Part shown: positions 31,840 through 45,609 of the stretch, one piece after another
How positions within the stretch are numbered: position 1 is the stretch's first letter
Layout of the letters: the number at the start of each line of letters is the position of its first letter
Origin: Amoebidium appalachense
Lineage: Eukaryota; Protista; Ichthyosporea
NCBI GenBank assembly: GCA_963693365.1
Contig: CAVNZM010000007.1
Span: 9,669,962 to 9,733,961 of the forward strand
Length of the DNA stretch: 64,000 bases
Direction of reading: 5' to 3'
Program-made: the position numbers and the translations under genes
The notes under the pieces: generated by a model
Seen by the model: the letters and a program-made list of their open reading frames with translations, nothing else
What the model was told of the DNA's origin: nothing
Database searches by the model: none

Positions 31840-33755
31840 CCCCCCCTCCTCCCCACTGCAGGGTGCACCAAATCTTCATCAGTGCCCGTCTGGTGCAGTC
31901 TCTTCGCATCACCGACAGCAAGCTAATGGCCCCATTCCTTGCCCTGGTGGCTGGAGAGGTTCTCCTGCTATCTCTGTTTACGTTTTTCCCCAACGCCGAC
32001 ACCCTGGTTGTGGACCCACTCGATATGGCGCAGTTTCCCGGCACGGCAACCACATACAGTTTCTATGTTGTTGCCGTCGGCATGAAGTCGTTTGGCGTGG
32101 TCCTTATTCTCTGCAACGGACTTCTGATTCTCGCCGCATGTATTCTCTCCTACTCTGTGCGGCGTGTACCATCGCAGTTCCGTGAAAGCTCGTTGCTTTT
32201 CGTGTGCATCTACCTACTAGCACTTATGGTGTTCGGCATCGGTGTGCTGACCTTCACATACACCGTTGAGGACGTGAGCCCCGCCGATCGTCACAACACC
32301 GCTACAGTTCTTAATCTCGCTTTGGGAATATGTGTGTGCATATGCATGACACTTACGAATGCGCTATTGTTCATCCCCAGTATTCTTACTGTGTGGGACA
32401 TCAAGTTGTTCAGTGCACACAGTAGTCTCAGCTCGCGGTCGGCAAGAGACCGCAAGGCCGACAGCTACAACCGAGCACTAAGTGCCGTGCCGCAGAATGA
32501 GGGTGGATTTGGAAGTGCCACCATGGCAGACCTGGAAAATAGGTGGGTGGATGAATGGGCTGCACTTACGGGTTGCTTGTGTTTGCTTGTTTTCGCCTTT
32601 TGGGGGCCTTTTTTTTTGGAGGGGGGAAGTGGGGGAGCGGAGGGGGGGGGGGGGGGGGGGGGTGGAGAATCATGATTTCTTTGCGCAGAACCCCCCCCCC
32701 CCCCCCCCCCCCCTTTGCCCCTCCCCCTCTCTTCCCAAAGGCTGGCAGTTGTCCAAGTGGCCCCCCCCCCCCCCCCCCCCCCTCCTCCCCCCCCCCCCCC
32801 TTTTCCCCGATGTCCGGCTGCAAGCCTGCACGACGACCCCCCTTCTACATTGTTTTAACACAATACCCCTCCCTCCTCCCCTTCACAGGTCCGGAGACTC
32901 CAACCTCGAGATCCGCAACACAAACACTGCCGTTACCAGCCGTGAGCTGACACTCCTTCGGGAGGTTGAGGATCTGAACATGCTGGTGGCCACCATGAAG
33001 GAGAAGCTGGTTCGTCTGGCAAACCCTCACGACAATGCACTGGGCGTGAATCTGGCCCGGTAAATATAATCCCCCCCCCCCCCCCCCCCCCCACCACCCT
33101 TCCCTCCCTGCGCAGCTTCGCCCCTCACCACCACCACCACCACCACCACAAATGCAATTTTTTTTTGTTTGTCCGTTGTGAATGTGTTCTTCGCACTCGA
33201 TACCCTGCAGAGGCATACAAATTTTATTGGGGTTGTTTCGGGCTTGTGCAATTGCAGTTCCCACACACTCACAACTTTTTTATATGCCATAAAACAATGC
33301 TCTACGATCGGTTCACCCACATTCTACGAGCTTACGATATATATTTTCTCCATTGCGTTGTACTCACCAACACCCCACACAACCCACAGGTATCCACATC
33401 TGTTTCAGACGGCATCAGTGTGCACAGTGGGGGGGACCTCAGCAACCGTGGCATGTCCATCAAGATCAGATCATCCAGCAACCTGGCGGACCCAAAACGT
33501 GCCCCCGGCATCCCCAAGACGGTCCAGGCCACATGCACAAATACTGCCCCTAGCCGAAATGATATTGCAGAGGGTAGTACTCCCTCTACCTCTGAGCCTG
33601 TGAAGAAATCAGATGGCGTGGGTGCTCCAAATGATTCCATTGCGGTGGATGTGGGGTTGTCTACCGAGAGCTCAACAATGGAGCTGCAATCACCAAAAAT
33701 GAAAGGGAAAAGGGCAAAGTTTTTGACTCCGAGAGCTACCGTGAGTGGACTGTAG
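25311..33755 (+). CDS. Class C (7tm_3, GABA-B-like) G-protein-coupled receptor with signal peptide and solute-binding-protein-like ectodomain; two apparent frameshifts
   Basis: Signal peptide [26 protein letters not shown]. Approximate exons 25311-25850, 26218-26456, 26679-27218, 27583-~27757, 28297-28674, 29119-29320, 29829-30037, 30398-30527, 30989-31410, 31862-32542, 32889-33059, 33390-33755. 7TM signatures [22 protein letters not shown]|[21 protein letters not shown]. +1 shifts are needed at ~25519-25523 and ~28471-28474. Confidence 0.82.
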
Positions 33756-34798
33756 TCGAACGAATATATCGTGCGTTTAAGCAAAGCGTACAAATCAGGA
33801 CCTTCTGGAGAGGGGGGAGGGGGAGGGGGGGGGGGGGAGGGGGCGAAAGAGGGGGGGGGAGGGGGGGGGGGGATTAGCCATAGGACAACGAACAATAGTC
33901 ATACGTTGTTTGGTCGTTCCTCTTAATGCGCCTTGAAGACAAGTAGTTAGCTTTCAGCAATTAGGCAGCACATTCCTTAGTAAAATGCCAGATTCTCGCC
34001 GTCAGATAATATTGAACCTGGCCGGTAGTACCTTTAACGAAATGATTCTTAGTGCTGCAACACTGCATGTCAGGGATTGGGTCAATATCACGCACGTTAG
34101 CACCGTCGAAATCTGCCTTTTTGGCACTAATGTTGTATACTAGTTAGCACCCAAGGCCCCGTAAAGGAATAAGTGAGGATTTTTAAAATTTCTATACCAA
34201 CACCCATGCATATGCATGCCATGTACATATTGAATCGTTAAAACCAAGCTGGGGATCGAATTAGATAAGTATTTAGAATCCGCTTGAATTCTCACCCCGT
34301 CGCCGGAAAGGCGTGAGCGAATTAAAATCCTTGGGATAAATAAACGAAGATCTACGAAAAGAAAATAAAGGGGGGGGGGGGGGGGAGGGGGGGGGGGGGA
34401 GGGGCAGAGCTCCCGAATTCGGCTGATTATTAGATATGGACAACTGTGTAATCAACATTCAACGATTTTATTCTAAAGATTAGCATACGTATTTCAATCA
34501 CAACAGTATTTACATGCATAATAAATCGATATACGCCTGACATGTGTGCGCCCTAGATCAAGCCACACCCAAATATATCGACCACACAAGGTCAATGTCC
34601 CCTTAGTCTGTCAAAGCCAGTTCGAAGCCACCGAGGTATTCACAGAAGCAAACTAAACTAAACTAATTAAAACAAACAAACTAAACTAAGCTAATTTGGA
34701 ACAGGCAAACAAAGCTAGCTAGTCTATCCCCCCCCCCCCCCCCCCCCTCCCCCCTTCCCCCCCCCCCCCCCCCCCTCCCCCCCCCCCCAAAAAACGAC

Positions 34799-34832
<34 letters not shown>

Positions 34833-34983
34833 CCCCATCTCATACCAGAGCCACCCCACCCACTCACCCCATCCTAACCTCACCCATCTACCCATCCTAA
34901 CCACCCACCAAAAACGGGGCTCTCTCAAACCCCTACTCCAACCACACAATCCCCGCACCACCAACCCATTAACCACATCTATC

Positions 34984-35932
34984 TCAGCGTTGTTTCCTCC
35001 TGTGGGGCTCCAACTTATCGACCAGCCACTCGAGGGCATCATACAGGCCATCCTCACTAGTTGCATGCGTGGCATGCATGTTCCACACCCGCTGCTGGTA
35101 CTGCTCCAGCCCCAGTTTGCCCAAGAGGTCTTGGGGTGTCTGCGCCCCTGCTACATCCTATCCCCAAGAAGCAAAATCATGCGGTGAGCGTTTTTTTTAC
35201 AGCACTACCTCCCCTTCCCATTCCTTCCTTCTCAACCCCCCCCCCCCCCTCCCCCCCCCCCCCCCCCCCTTCCCCCCCCTCCCCACCCCTCGCACCCCCT
35301 CTTCAACCGCCATCCGTGATTGCACGGACGGAAAACTTCCATCAGAACTCATAACTAGATACCCCCCCCCCTCCCCCCCCCCCCCCCCTCCCCTCCCCTT
35401 ACCCCCCCCCCCCCCCCCCCCCCTTCCCCCCTTGCGCTACCATCCGGTCTTCCCTCATAAAATCCACAGAAGCATCCCCAATAATATGGTGTGGAAGGCA
35501 GTGCATGGCTGTAAGTCGACGTGTGCACGTGACGTTTTTTGTAAGCCAGCAAGCTTGGACAAAGTCGGGGGTGGGCATGTACAGATGTGTGGTCATAGGT
35601 GGAGGCACTGGTAAGTTGTGTGGCAGGCCAAAACGAGTGACGGTAAAGGTGGTGGTGTTGGTTGGTTGGCTGGTGGTGGTGATGGTGGTGGGTGGATGGG
35701 TGGGGGGGTGGGTGGGTGGGTGGGTGGGTGGGTGGGTGGGTGGGTGGGTGGGTTGGGGAGGGGGGGGGGGGGGGGAGGGGGGGGGGGGGGGGGGAGGGAG
35801 GGTAATGGTGGTGTTGTCGTGGTGTGGGGTGGTGGGGTGGTGGTGGTGGGATGGTGATGGTGGGAGTGTAGTTGGTCGGTGGAGACAGATAGCGCGCGCT
35901 CGTGTGTGTGTAAGAAGGCTCCACGGGACGGG

Positions 35933-35963
<31 letters not shown>

Positions 35964-37397
35964 ACAAGGAAGCCCACCTGTTTGTTCGCTAAAATCAAAA
36001 CGACTGCGTCTTCAATTCCTGGATCGTCTAGCAGCTTCTGTAGCTCTTCCGCAGCTTCTGGTATCCTTTGCAGGGCAAAACAAATTTTCGGTTAGATAGG
36101 AATGCACACTCACTACACCGGACATGTAATTTGTGAGCAGTACCATCTATGTGCATGTGCGCATACACACTTGGAGTGCTAAATGCGTGTTATTCTACTA
36201 CATCACAGCCTTGGTGTGGGCGGGTAGAAAGCACTGAACAGGAGGGCCAAGGTGAGGTGGAAGGAGACAGGCGGGCAGGCAGAGGGAGGATGGAAGGGTG
36301 TGAGAGAGAGGGGGCATGACATCATCCCAAGACCGAGGCTTCTTACGATAGGCAGTGGATCAGCTATATGTTAACAATAACATTAACTGTAGTTATAGCA
36401 CACTGTTGTCCACCTGAATCCTACTCTACCCATAAGGCACCCCGGGGGAACAAAGAAGAAGAGTAAGGGGTTAAAAGGAGAGGGGGGGGGGGAGGGGGGT
36501 TTGGGAGGGGTTGGGAGGGAAGGAAGTAGCACAATCACGTGGGAACGAAGAAAAATAACCATGTGGCGGGCTTTTGGGGAGAAATGATTGGAATCATTGT
36601 TGCCACCAGAGGGAGGTAAGGCAGATGGGGGCAAGGGGGGCGGGGGGAGGGGGGGGGGGGGAGGAGAGAGAGAGAGAGAGGGGAGGGAGGGACAGGGAGA
36701 TCGTGAGGAAGTGGGGAGTAAGGAGACAAGGGGACAAAAGATTGGGTAAGGGGAGCCTAGGGGATCGGGAGAGTGGAGAGGACAACGGAAAAGGGGGAGT
36801 GGAGTGGGGGAGTAAAATGGCGGAAAGGGTCAAAGGGAAGAGGGATAAGGGGACTAAGGGGGAGAGGGGAGGGGGGGGGGGGGGGGGGGGGAGGAGGGAA
36901 AAAGGGAGAGAGAAGCGGTGATCAAGTGGAAGAAGGGAGGAGAGGGGGGAGAAAGGGGGGGGGGGGGGGGTTATGATTTTAGCTGTTTCAAGGGGAGTTT
37001 GGAATATGATTAAAGCACAAGAAAAACTTTGCCAAAAACCGACCCTCAAAATATCAAGACGAGAGTTGTCTAGAGTGAACCGACGCGTTGAAGGTTTCTG
37101 GAGGGTAACCCGTGGGGGAAGGGGGGAGGGCGGCGGGGGGAGGAGGGGGAGGGGGGGGGGGGGGGGAAGGGGGGGGGGGATGTTTTGGCGTTTGGTGGGA
37201 TGGTGTGCATGTGTGCCCATGTGCATGTGCATGCGTGTGCGTGATTGTGTGTGGGCTGGGGTGAGGGTTGAGGGTTGGGGATTGAGGGGAGGGGAGAGGG
37301 GGGGGGGGGGGGGGGGGGGGTGGATGCAGTTCGAAGTGTGAAGGCAGGGGGCGGGGAGAGGTAGGGTAAACGTGTGTGTGTTGTGTGCGCGTGTGGT

Positions 37398-37478
<81 letters not shown>

Positions 37479-38054
37479 ATGTGCACGGGTATATCTGTGT
37501 GTGTGTGTTGTGTGTGTGGTGTGTTTGCAGGGAGCCCACTAGAGCAAAGGCATGCGATATTGAAGCAACAAGCAACATGAGGGCAGGCACCTTGCATGGT
37601 CACTGCTGTCGACGACAAAAATCAGCCCCTCAGCCCCCTCGAAATAGTGCCGCCATAGGGGTCTAATCTTGCTCTGCCCCCCTATGTCCCATACATTCAA
37701 CGTCACATTCTGTGGGGGGGTCATGCAAATGTAAATTGCCAGATGCAAACAGACCGATTATTAAGTAATGACGGGTGAGTATGGGTTCATGGATATTCCA
37801 AGGAGATTCCAAGGAGAGATGCTAGAAAAGCATGATATTTCTACAATCATGTACATAAGCATGCAGAAAGCAACGAGGGAAGGAGGGGAAGGTGGGCAGG
37901 GGGTGGGAGGGTGGGGGGTGGATGTAGGGGGAGGGGGGGGGGGGGGAGGGGAGGGGGGAGGGAGGGGAGGGGGGAGGGAAGCCGTCCATGACGTGTTAGC
38001 ATGCCAAGGTGTGGGAGTCGGTGAAAGGTCTGGGACTAGGTTGGTGTGAAAAAG

Positions 38055-38143
<89 letters not shown>

Positions 38144-39487
38144 TGTGTGTGGGTGTGTGAATGAATGTGTGTGGTGGAAACGATGAAAATGGGGGGGACG
38201 GGGGCGGAGGGGGGGGGGGGGGGGGCGGGACAAGGCGCCATCATCACAAGGGCCCAACTCGTACTTGAAACACGAGCCCGGGGGGGGGCGGGGGAGGGGG
38301 AGAGGAGGGTGGGGGAGGAGTGGGGGAGGGAGTGGGGGTGGGTGGGTGGGTGGGTGGGTGGGTGGGGGGGGGGGGGGGAGAAATCGTGGTGGTGGTGGTC
38401 GTGGGCGTGGTTCGGTAAGGGTGGTTGGGGGGGGAGAGGGGAAGGGGGGGGGGGGGGGGGGGGGGGGGGGAAACAGGGGGATTGACCGGCAGAATGCATG
38501 TGACTCAAACGACAGTACAGAGAGAAACGGTAAGTTGTGTGGAAGTGAGCTCGGAAAAGAGTAAGTATAGCATGCTGGCAGGTGTGTGGCTGGCGGTTAG
38601 GTCGGGTGGTGGTGAGAGGTGGGGGAAAGATACAGGCATAAAAGCATGCAGAGAGGTGATGGAATGTGTGAAGAAGGCTTGAAAAGGGCACAAGCAGTGA
38701 GATGTGGAGGGTGGGAGGACACGGAAAGGATATGTGGGAGTAAACATAAGGGTGACGGAAAGGGGATTGGGGATTAGGGGTGTGGGGGGGAGGAGGGGTT
38801 GTTGCATGGTTGGAAAAGAACTATGCACAATTCTATTGGCCTGATCATATCTCAAAAACGCAACACCTTCCTCTCACATCGAAACGCTTTCCCCACATAA
38901 CACACTGTTCTTACCTCAAACTTGACGCACTCCACGTTGAATCCGATGGTGGGCTGTGTGGACACCATCTCCCCTTGTAGCCTATATAGCATGGTGGTCT
39001 TGCCTGTGTGTGGTCTTGGTCAGATCTCAACATCATTGCTTTATAACTTCCTTCATTTCACAGCTTTTTCAACCCAACTCACAATCATAATCCCTTTTAC
39101 AACCCCCGTTACTCATATTTATAGCTGCATTAGGTGTTCCCTCATGTTTATTCAAAGATCCCCCCCTCCTCCCCCCCCCCCCCCCCCCCCCCGGCGTCCC
39201 TCCACTTCTGCTAAAAGTAACAATCAACCGTCAACTCTCAATTGAACAGGAACTTTGCCCTCCCCCTCTCCCCCCCCTTCACCCCCCTCCTCCACCTTCC
39301 TTATTCCCGTTTGCTTCTCGTACGTTTCCTGTCGTGATTTAAATTGTATCCGCGCTCACCCACCACAAACACCAACCTCGTTGCCCCACCACCTCAAACC
39401 CCCCTCCTTTACACCTATCTGTTACACTCTTCCCTCCCTCCCTCCCCCCCCCCCCCCCCCCCCCCAACCCCAAACACACACAGACAC

Positions 39488-39523
<36 letters not shown>

Positions 39524-39804
39524 GAAAAGAAAAAACTAAGCACAAACACATTGCCACAAGAGAACCCATAGAAAGTGCCAAAAGGGCACTTATCGTCCTG
39601 CTTGATCCTTGTGTCAGCCAGTCTAACACTTCCCAGCCCCTCCTTTCCACCACCCGAGTTTCCAAGAACAACTTTTCATCATAATAAGATCCCTTAACTC
39701 CGGTCCACATCCAGCAATTCCCCACTCCCAAAAGCCTCGATTTATTTTACGGTCCCCTCTTGCAGTGTATCACACTTCATCGATCTTCAGCCTTCACCTT
39801 CTCC

Positions 39805-39840
<36 letters not shown>

Positions 39841-39972
39841 ACCCCTCCCCCCCATTTACTGTCCGCCGGGGGGGAGAGGGGGTGAGGGGGGGAGAAGAGG
39901 GGCCGGGCCAGGGGGCGGGGGAGAGGGGGAGGGGGGCTTTCACATTCGATCACATACACACACACACATAAA

Positions 39973-40015
<43 letters not shown>

Positions 40016-40209
40016 CCCCCCCCCCCCCCCCCCCCCCCTCCCTCTCCTCTCTCTCTCTCTCTCTCTCCCCCCCTCCCCCGGCCCCCCCCCCTCTCCCTGT
40101 CCCCCCCCCCCTCTCCCTTCACCCCCTCCTCCCCCTTTACCTCTCTCTGTACTCCCCCCCCCCCCCTCCCCCCTCTTTCCCCATCCTTCCTCCCTCTCTT
40201 TCTATTCCC

Positions 40210-40240
<31 letters not shown>

Positions 40241-40543
40241 AAAAAAAAAAAACCCACCCCAATCCCACAGTCCTCTCTTCCTCTCATGCTAACCTCCCTC
40301 CCCTCCTCAACAAAGATGTTTTGCACTTATATTCCATGGTTTCCACCATTAAACAAAGACTTCCCTATTATGGAGCAAAAACAAAAAAAGAAAAACATAT
40401 TAGTCACAATGCGTCACAGCGGCAGGAGTGTGACATGCTGCTTGCGCACGCAAACAACACCCACCTGCACCGTCTAGTCCAAGCATCAAGATGCGCTTTG
40501 GCTTCTTGAACGCCGAAAACAACCGAGCAAACAGGGCACCCAT
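34984..40543 (-). CDS. ARF: ADP-ribosylation factor family small GTPase (182 aa)
   Basis: Exons 40543-40465, 39003-38915, 37709-37591, 36065-35978, 35157-34984, phase-consistent. MG N-terminus (myristoylation), GLDGAGKTT (G1), PTIGFNVE (G2), [17 protein letters not shown] (G3), ANKQD (G4), C-terminal [10 protein letters not shown]. Confidence 0.95.
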
Positions 40544-41339
40544 TTGCGAGGGTAGTACCTGCAGGTGGCGCACAGTTAGGCGGGTGACACACGCCAGTGG
40601 GTAAGCTACGTCCCACAATTCTTTGAGAAAGCAGACAGCTCAATAATCAACTGACAGCAAAAAAAAAAAAAAAAAAAAAAACGCTCTCTGAAAATTTTCA
40701 TCCGCTCTGCAGCCACCTGCATTTATTTCCACATACAACCTTAGACAAAAAACCAAATACCCGATTAACACTGCCAGGTGTTACTTATCTATCTGTCGCT
40801 TTGTCTTTTTTAGCCAAAGGATAGCTGGGTCTCAGATCCAGACCCTCTCGTTCTTTTTGTTATTCGTGGTATGTTAAGTGCAGATCGACGGATTTTTCCC
40901 CCATCTAAAAGACCATGTGCATGGTTTGTTTTCACATACCATGTATTATATAGCTATACACCGTTGATACTTGGTTATAACCTGGCACCGAGCAACCCCA
41001 AGCCAGGAAAAGGTACTCAAAACTTGGCTCAAAATGTTTGTCCGTGGCAGCGAGAAAGAAAAAGTTGGGAGTGAGAAACTAGCAGGCAAAAAAGTATGTC
41101 AGGTTTTTCTCACATATTCAAGTGATGCCTCTGAAAATAAACACATAACCCTACTTTTGAAAAGACAGGAAACAACTGAGCTCCCACTGATCATGAAACA
41201 AAACCAAAAAAAAAAAAAAAGAAAAGCAAAAGATTCAAGATGCAGAATCTACATAGGCCTACAGCTGCTGAGATGCCACACACACATACGTTTGGTATTC
41301 TGGAGCGCTGAGTCAACTGATCGCCGCGATAAGCGTGGT

Positions 41340-41800
41340 GTGCCATGAACCAATCAAAATGCTCAAAGTTTTGAAAGTGCATAAATGGAAATGCGAGATT
41401 GCCTTTTATAGACAAAAACGTCAACACGCCGCAGTGGGCTTTTATGCACGACTGGTCAATATTGGGCCATGTCATTGTTGTAAAAAGAATCAACTTAGAA
41501 GCAGGTGAACAAAAAAAAGGGGCTGTGTGTTGAAGTACATGCTACCTGCACTACAACTAAGATTAGTAAAGCACAAAACAACCGGCAACAGGGCTACTAC
41601 CGTAACCGTCCCAGCTAAGGTTGCTGGTGCGCTCACAGGTTGTACTGACGTAAAGCCAATCAAATAGATGAAATTATTCATTTTACTTTATATGGCTAAA
41701 AAAACCCGAGCCATTCTTACCTCCAACCAATCAGCGAATGGAACATGAGAATGGAAATTACTGGGCAGACACACAGCTGATTGGCTAAAAGCAAAAATGC
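41340..41800. promoter_or_regulatory. Cluster of CCAAT-box-like motifs in the divergent ARF / C2-VASt intergenic region
   Basis: CCAATCA at 41350, 41656 and 41727, and TGATTGG at ~41778-41784, between divergent ATGs at 40543 and 42326. Could alternatively be a transposon remnant. Confidence 0.4.
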
Positions 41801-42325
41801 ATTCCAAGGCTTGACCGCTCCAAAGGACCAAAACACGACTCCGAGCGCTAACGCCGATGGGGGCCGTGGCTAGGGGTCGTGCAGGTGTTGTGTTTCGTGA
41901 CTCTTGTAACGTACCGTACACTCTTCCTTTCTGTTAGTGTCCATTCAATCAGGATTGCCGGCAACTGATTTGCAGGCCGGGCTCACAGTATTGACAGCTC
42001 GATAACGATAGAGCATGGCGGAGGTATTAATTTGTTTTAACGAAGCAGATGCCTGAACCACCATTGAATTTCATAACCGGTAGCCTAAGTTGTAGGTGTG
42101 CTTGTTTGTGCCACCGCGTTAGTTGAGTGGACTTACGCCGGACTGCCTTACCCAATATTATATTGGAGCAGGAAAACCGGAAGCAGAAGGACTAGATTTA
42201 AGGTTGCAATATATTCACGGTTTCCGCTCGAAAGAGAGATCGTTGCCTCATAAGACTAGCTAACCAAGCCAAACTAGGTGCGACCCAAGTTTGTTGGGCT
42301 CTGAACGCTTTACAGAGTAGTGACC

Positions 42326-44018
42326 ATGGCTTCCACCATTACACACACGGGGGAACTCACCATCAACGTGGTCGAGGCACGGGGCCTGCGTGGTAGGTGT
42401 TGTTTGTCTAAGCCCGGGACAGGGAATGCAAAGCTTTGTGGTGGCCAGCTGTACACTTGGTCATCTGACGGCAGATAAGAAATTGATAGGCTGTAGAGAG
42501 TACATACACCAGCTCCACGGGCTGTGTGGGACAATCAACTGAGAACTCTTCTGTTTTTTCAGAGAAGTGCGAGTGCATGCTGCTGCTCTTTGTAAACGGC
42601 CAGGAAGTAGCACGCACCAAGAGCACGGGCAAGAAGACCACCGACCCCTTCTGGAACCAACCGCTGGTGCTTGACCTTGAGAATGTCCACACCATACAGT
42701 TCGAGGTGTCGGACCGCGACCACTTGTAAGTGCAGGTTGGCGTGGATAGGAAACAAGATACTGGATTTGAAAGGGGAAATGGGGGCTCTCTCACTCTGCA
42801 TGTCGAAAATGGCTCTCTCACTCTGCATGTCGAAAATCCATACATTTGGGGTTTCACAACCGGCCATGTTCTTCACGGAAGGAAGGGAGGGAGTGAGATT
42901 GGGGTGGAGAGAGTGGGCGGGTAAGGGGGGGGGAGGGAGGGGGAAGGAAGAGGGGGATAGCCTGTGTGTTTATGGGGAGGGGAGGGGGAGGGGGGAGGGG
43001 AAGGGGGGAGGAGGAGAGGGGACAGGTATCCAGGTAAGGTAGGATGTTTGGGTGGTCATTTTTAAGTGAAGAGGCTGATGATGGCTCAGGAAACTGTGGA
43101 TAGATTGAGGAGGAAGGATTGTGCGTGTGGCACCGACCCGAGACACCTCAGAAGCAGAAACACCTTGCTTTCTATTTAAGATTAAAACGTTAGCTCTCTG
43201 TTCTTTGGGCAATTCTGTAAATCGTTCTCGAGCAGGGTGCGGAAGGGGAAGAGCACGTTCGGGGTTGGGCTGTTGCCGATGCCACTGCTCACAGATCCAG
43301 ACCAGGATTTCTGGGTATGTGCTCGTGTGTGCTTGTGGGGGAGGCCCCCCCCCCCCCTCCCCTCCCCCCCCCCCCCCCCCATCTCGTCCCCCTTCCCTTC
43401 CCCCTCCCACCCCCCCCCCCCCCCTCCCCCGGACACAATCACACACCAGTATTGCTCACACAGCGTCCGTGCCGATTTCCTCTGCTCTCCGTTCCCTTGT
43501 CCCCCCCCCCCCCTCCCCCCCCTCCCCCCCCCCCCCCCCCCCTTCCCCTTCTTCCTTCTCCTCCTCTCCCCCCCCCCCCCCCCCCCCATCTCCCCCCGGG
43601 ACCGTTTTCTCAGGTTAGTCACAAGTTACACATGTCAGTGTGCTTCTTTTCACGGAACATATTTGCACCTTACTCAATATATGCCTATTCAGGTTAAGTC
43701 GTCTGCTTGCACCCTCTACTCCTTTTCCCATTTCTCATTCCTTTTCTCCCTCCTTCCACCCCCCCCACCCCCCCACCCCCCGGCCACCGCCGCCGTCTTC
43801 CTACCGTTCGTAAAGCTTCCTCCCCTCCCATTAGCATAACATATACACAAATTAAAACTACGACCCACAGTTGCACACATACAAGGACAAAAGTATACAC
43901 ACATAAGCACATATGCTCACACGAGCACCTGTACAAATGTTTTCTCGCACGTAGGGCATCCTGGATATCATTCTGTGGCTTATTAAGACACCAATATTAA
44001 GGCCGGATTCTCATGTCA

Positions 44019-44061
<43 letters not shown>

Positions 44062-44385
44062 TTGTTTTTTTTTTTTTTTTTTTTTTCAGGTGGACGTGTC
44101 GTCGGGGGGCAGTGTGCATTTCCAATACACGTACATCCCGAGGATGTTCAACCGAAGAGGGAGCTCAGGTATTCCTAGTTCCCCAATAAGCCCAAATGTC
44201 ACTCCTATGTCTACTGTAGTTGGGTATCAAGGTTTTTTTCTTTACAAGAACAGTACGATAAAACCAATCCCGAGGCATATGTGGTCTACAGACCACCTCG
44301 TTCACACAAGACACACTCACACACCCATGCACACATGTGCACGCACACACGCACATATACACACGCACACACGGGCGCGCGCGCG

Positions 44386-44424
<39 letters not shown>

Positions 44425-44510
44425 GCGCACACGTGCATGTGGCGTACCCTTACACACACACACATGCATACACACATGCATATACCACCACACACGCACA
44501 CACACGCGCG

Positions 44511-44549
<39 letters not shown>

Positions 44550-44918
44550 TCCCCTTCCCTCCCCTGCCTCTCTCTCTCCATTGTTGTTTCTCATCCGCAG
44601 GTTATTGAGAAGAGAAGAACGAAAAAGGGCAGAGAAAAAGGGGGGGAGGGGGTTGGGGGAGAGGGGAGGGGGGAGGGGGGGAGGGGGTGGAGAGAGGGAG
44701 AAAGAGCGGGTGGTGGGGAGGGAGGGAGGGATGGAGAGAGCGAGAGTGAGTGAGAGAGAGAGAAGAGGGAGAGAGGGGCGGGCAATGAGGGAGTTGGGGG
44801 GGGACAGAGGGAAAGAGAGGGAGGGGAGAGGGGGGGTAAGGGAGCGGAAGAGAGTGGGAGCGATGGAAGGAGAGGAAGAGGGACAGGGAGCGACAGAGAG
44901 AGGGATAGAGAGTGAGAG

Positions 44919-44973
<55 letters not shown>

Positions 44974-45575
44974 GAGAGAGTGAGAGAGTGAGAGAGTGAG
45001 GGGGGGGGGGGAGGGGGGGCTGGGCGGGAGGAAAGGAGAAGTAAATGAGCGGCTGCCACATGACCGTCTTTTTTTCCCTTTACTGTTAGCCCTCACACAT
45101 TTCGCCGACAAGGACACCAATATACGTTTTTCATATGGTTAATAGGTATCACACACACAAATTTTTTTTTTCTTTTTCTTTTGGTGGTTGGGGGGGGGGG
45201 GGGGGGGGGGGGGAGGGGGGGGGGGGGGGGGGGGGCTATTGACATGTCTGGATTGCAGATTCGACCAACGGAGAGCCAGGAACACTGAATCCAACTAGCA
45301 GGCGGCTGTATGTAAAAATATGCAGTGCAAGAAACCTTATGGCTAAGGTATGCCATGTTCTAAGTGGGTGTGATGGAGTGAGGAGGGAGAAGGGTAGGGG
45401 GAAAAAGTTGGGTGGGTGGGTGGGGGGGGGGGGGGGGTTTTGAGGAGGGTGGGGGTGGAAAGGGGGAAGAATGGAGGGGGAAGAGAATTGGGCGATGAGC
45501 ATGCCGGACAAGGAATGAGTGGGAGACATAGAACGGGTGTGTGGTGATGCCGTATGGTTTTACGTGTACTGCTGG

Positions 45576-45609
<34 letters not shown>

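Noticed and set aside
34650-34695. (AAACT)n-like run resembling a telomeric repeat
   Set aside because: Short, degenerate, internal and not a recognised telomere unit; it lies just downstream of the ARF stop.
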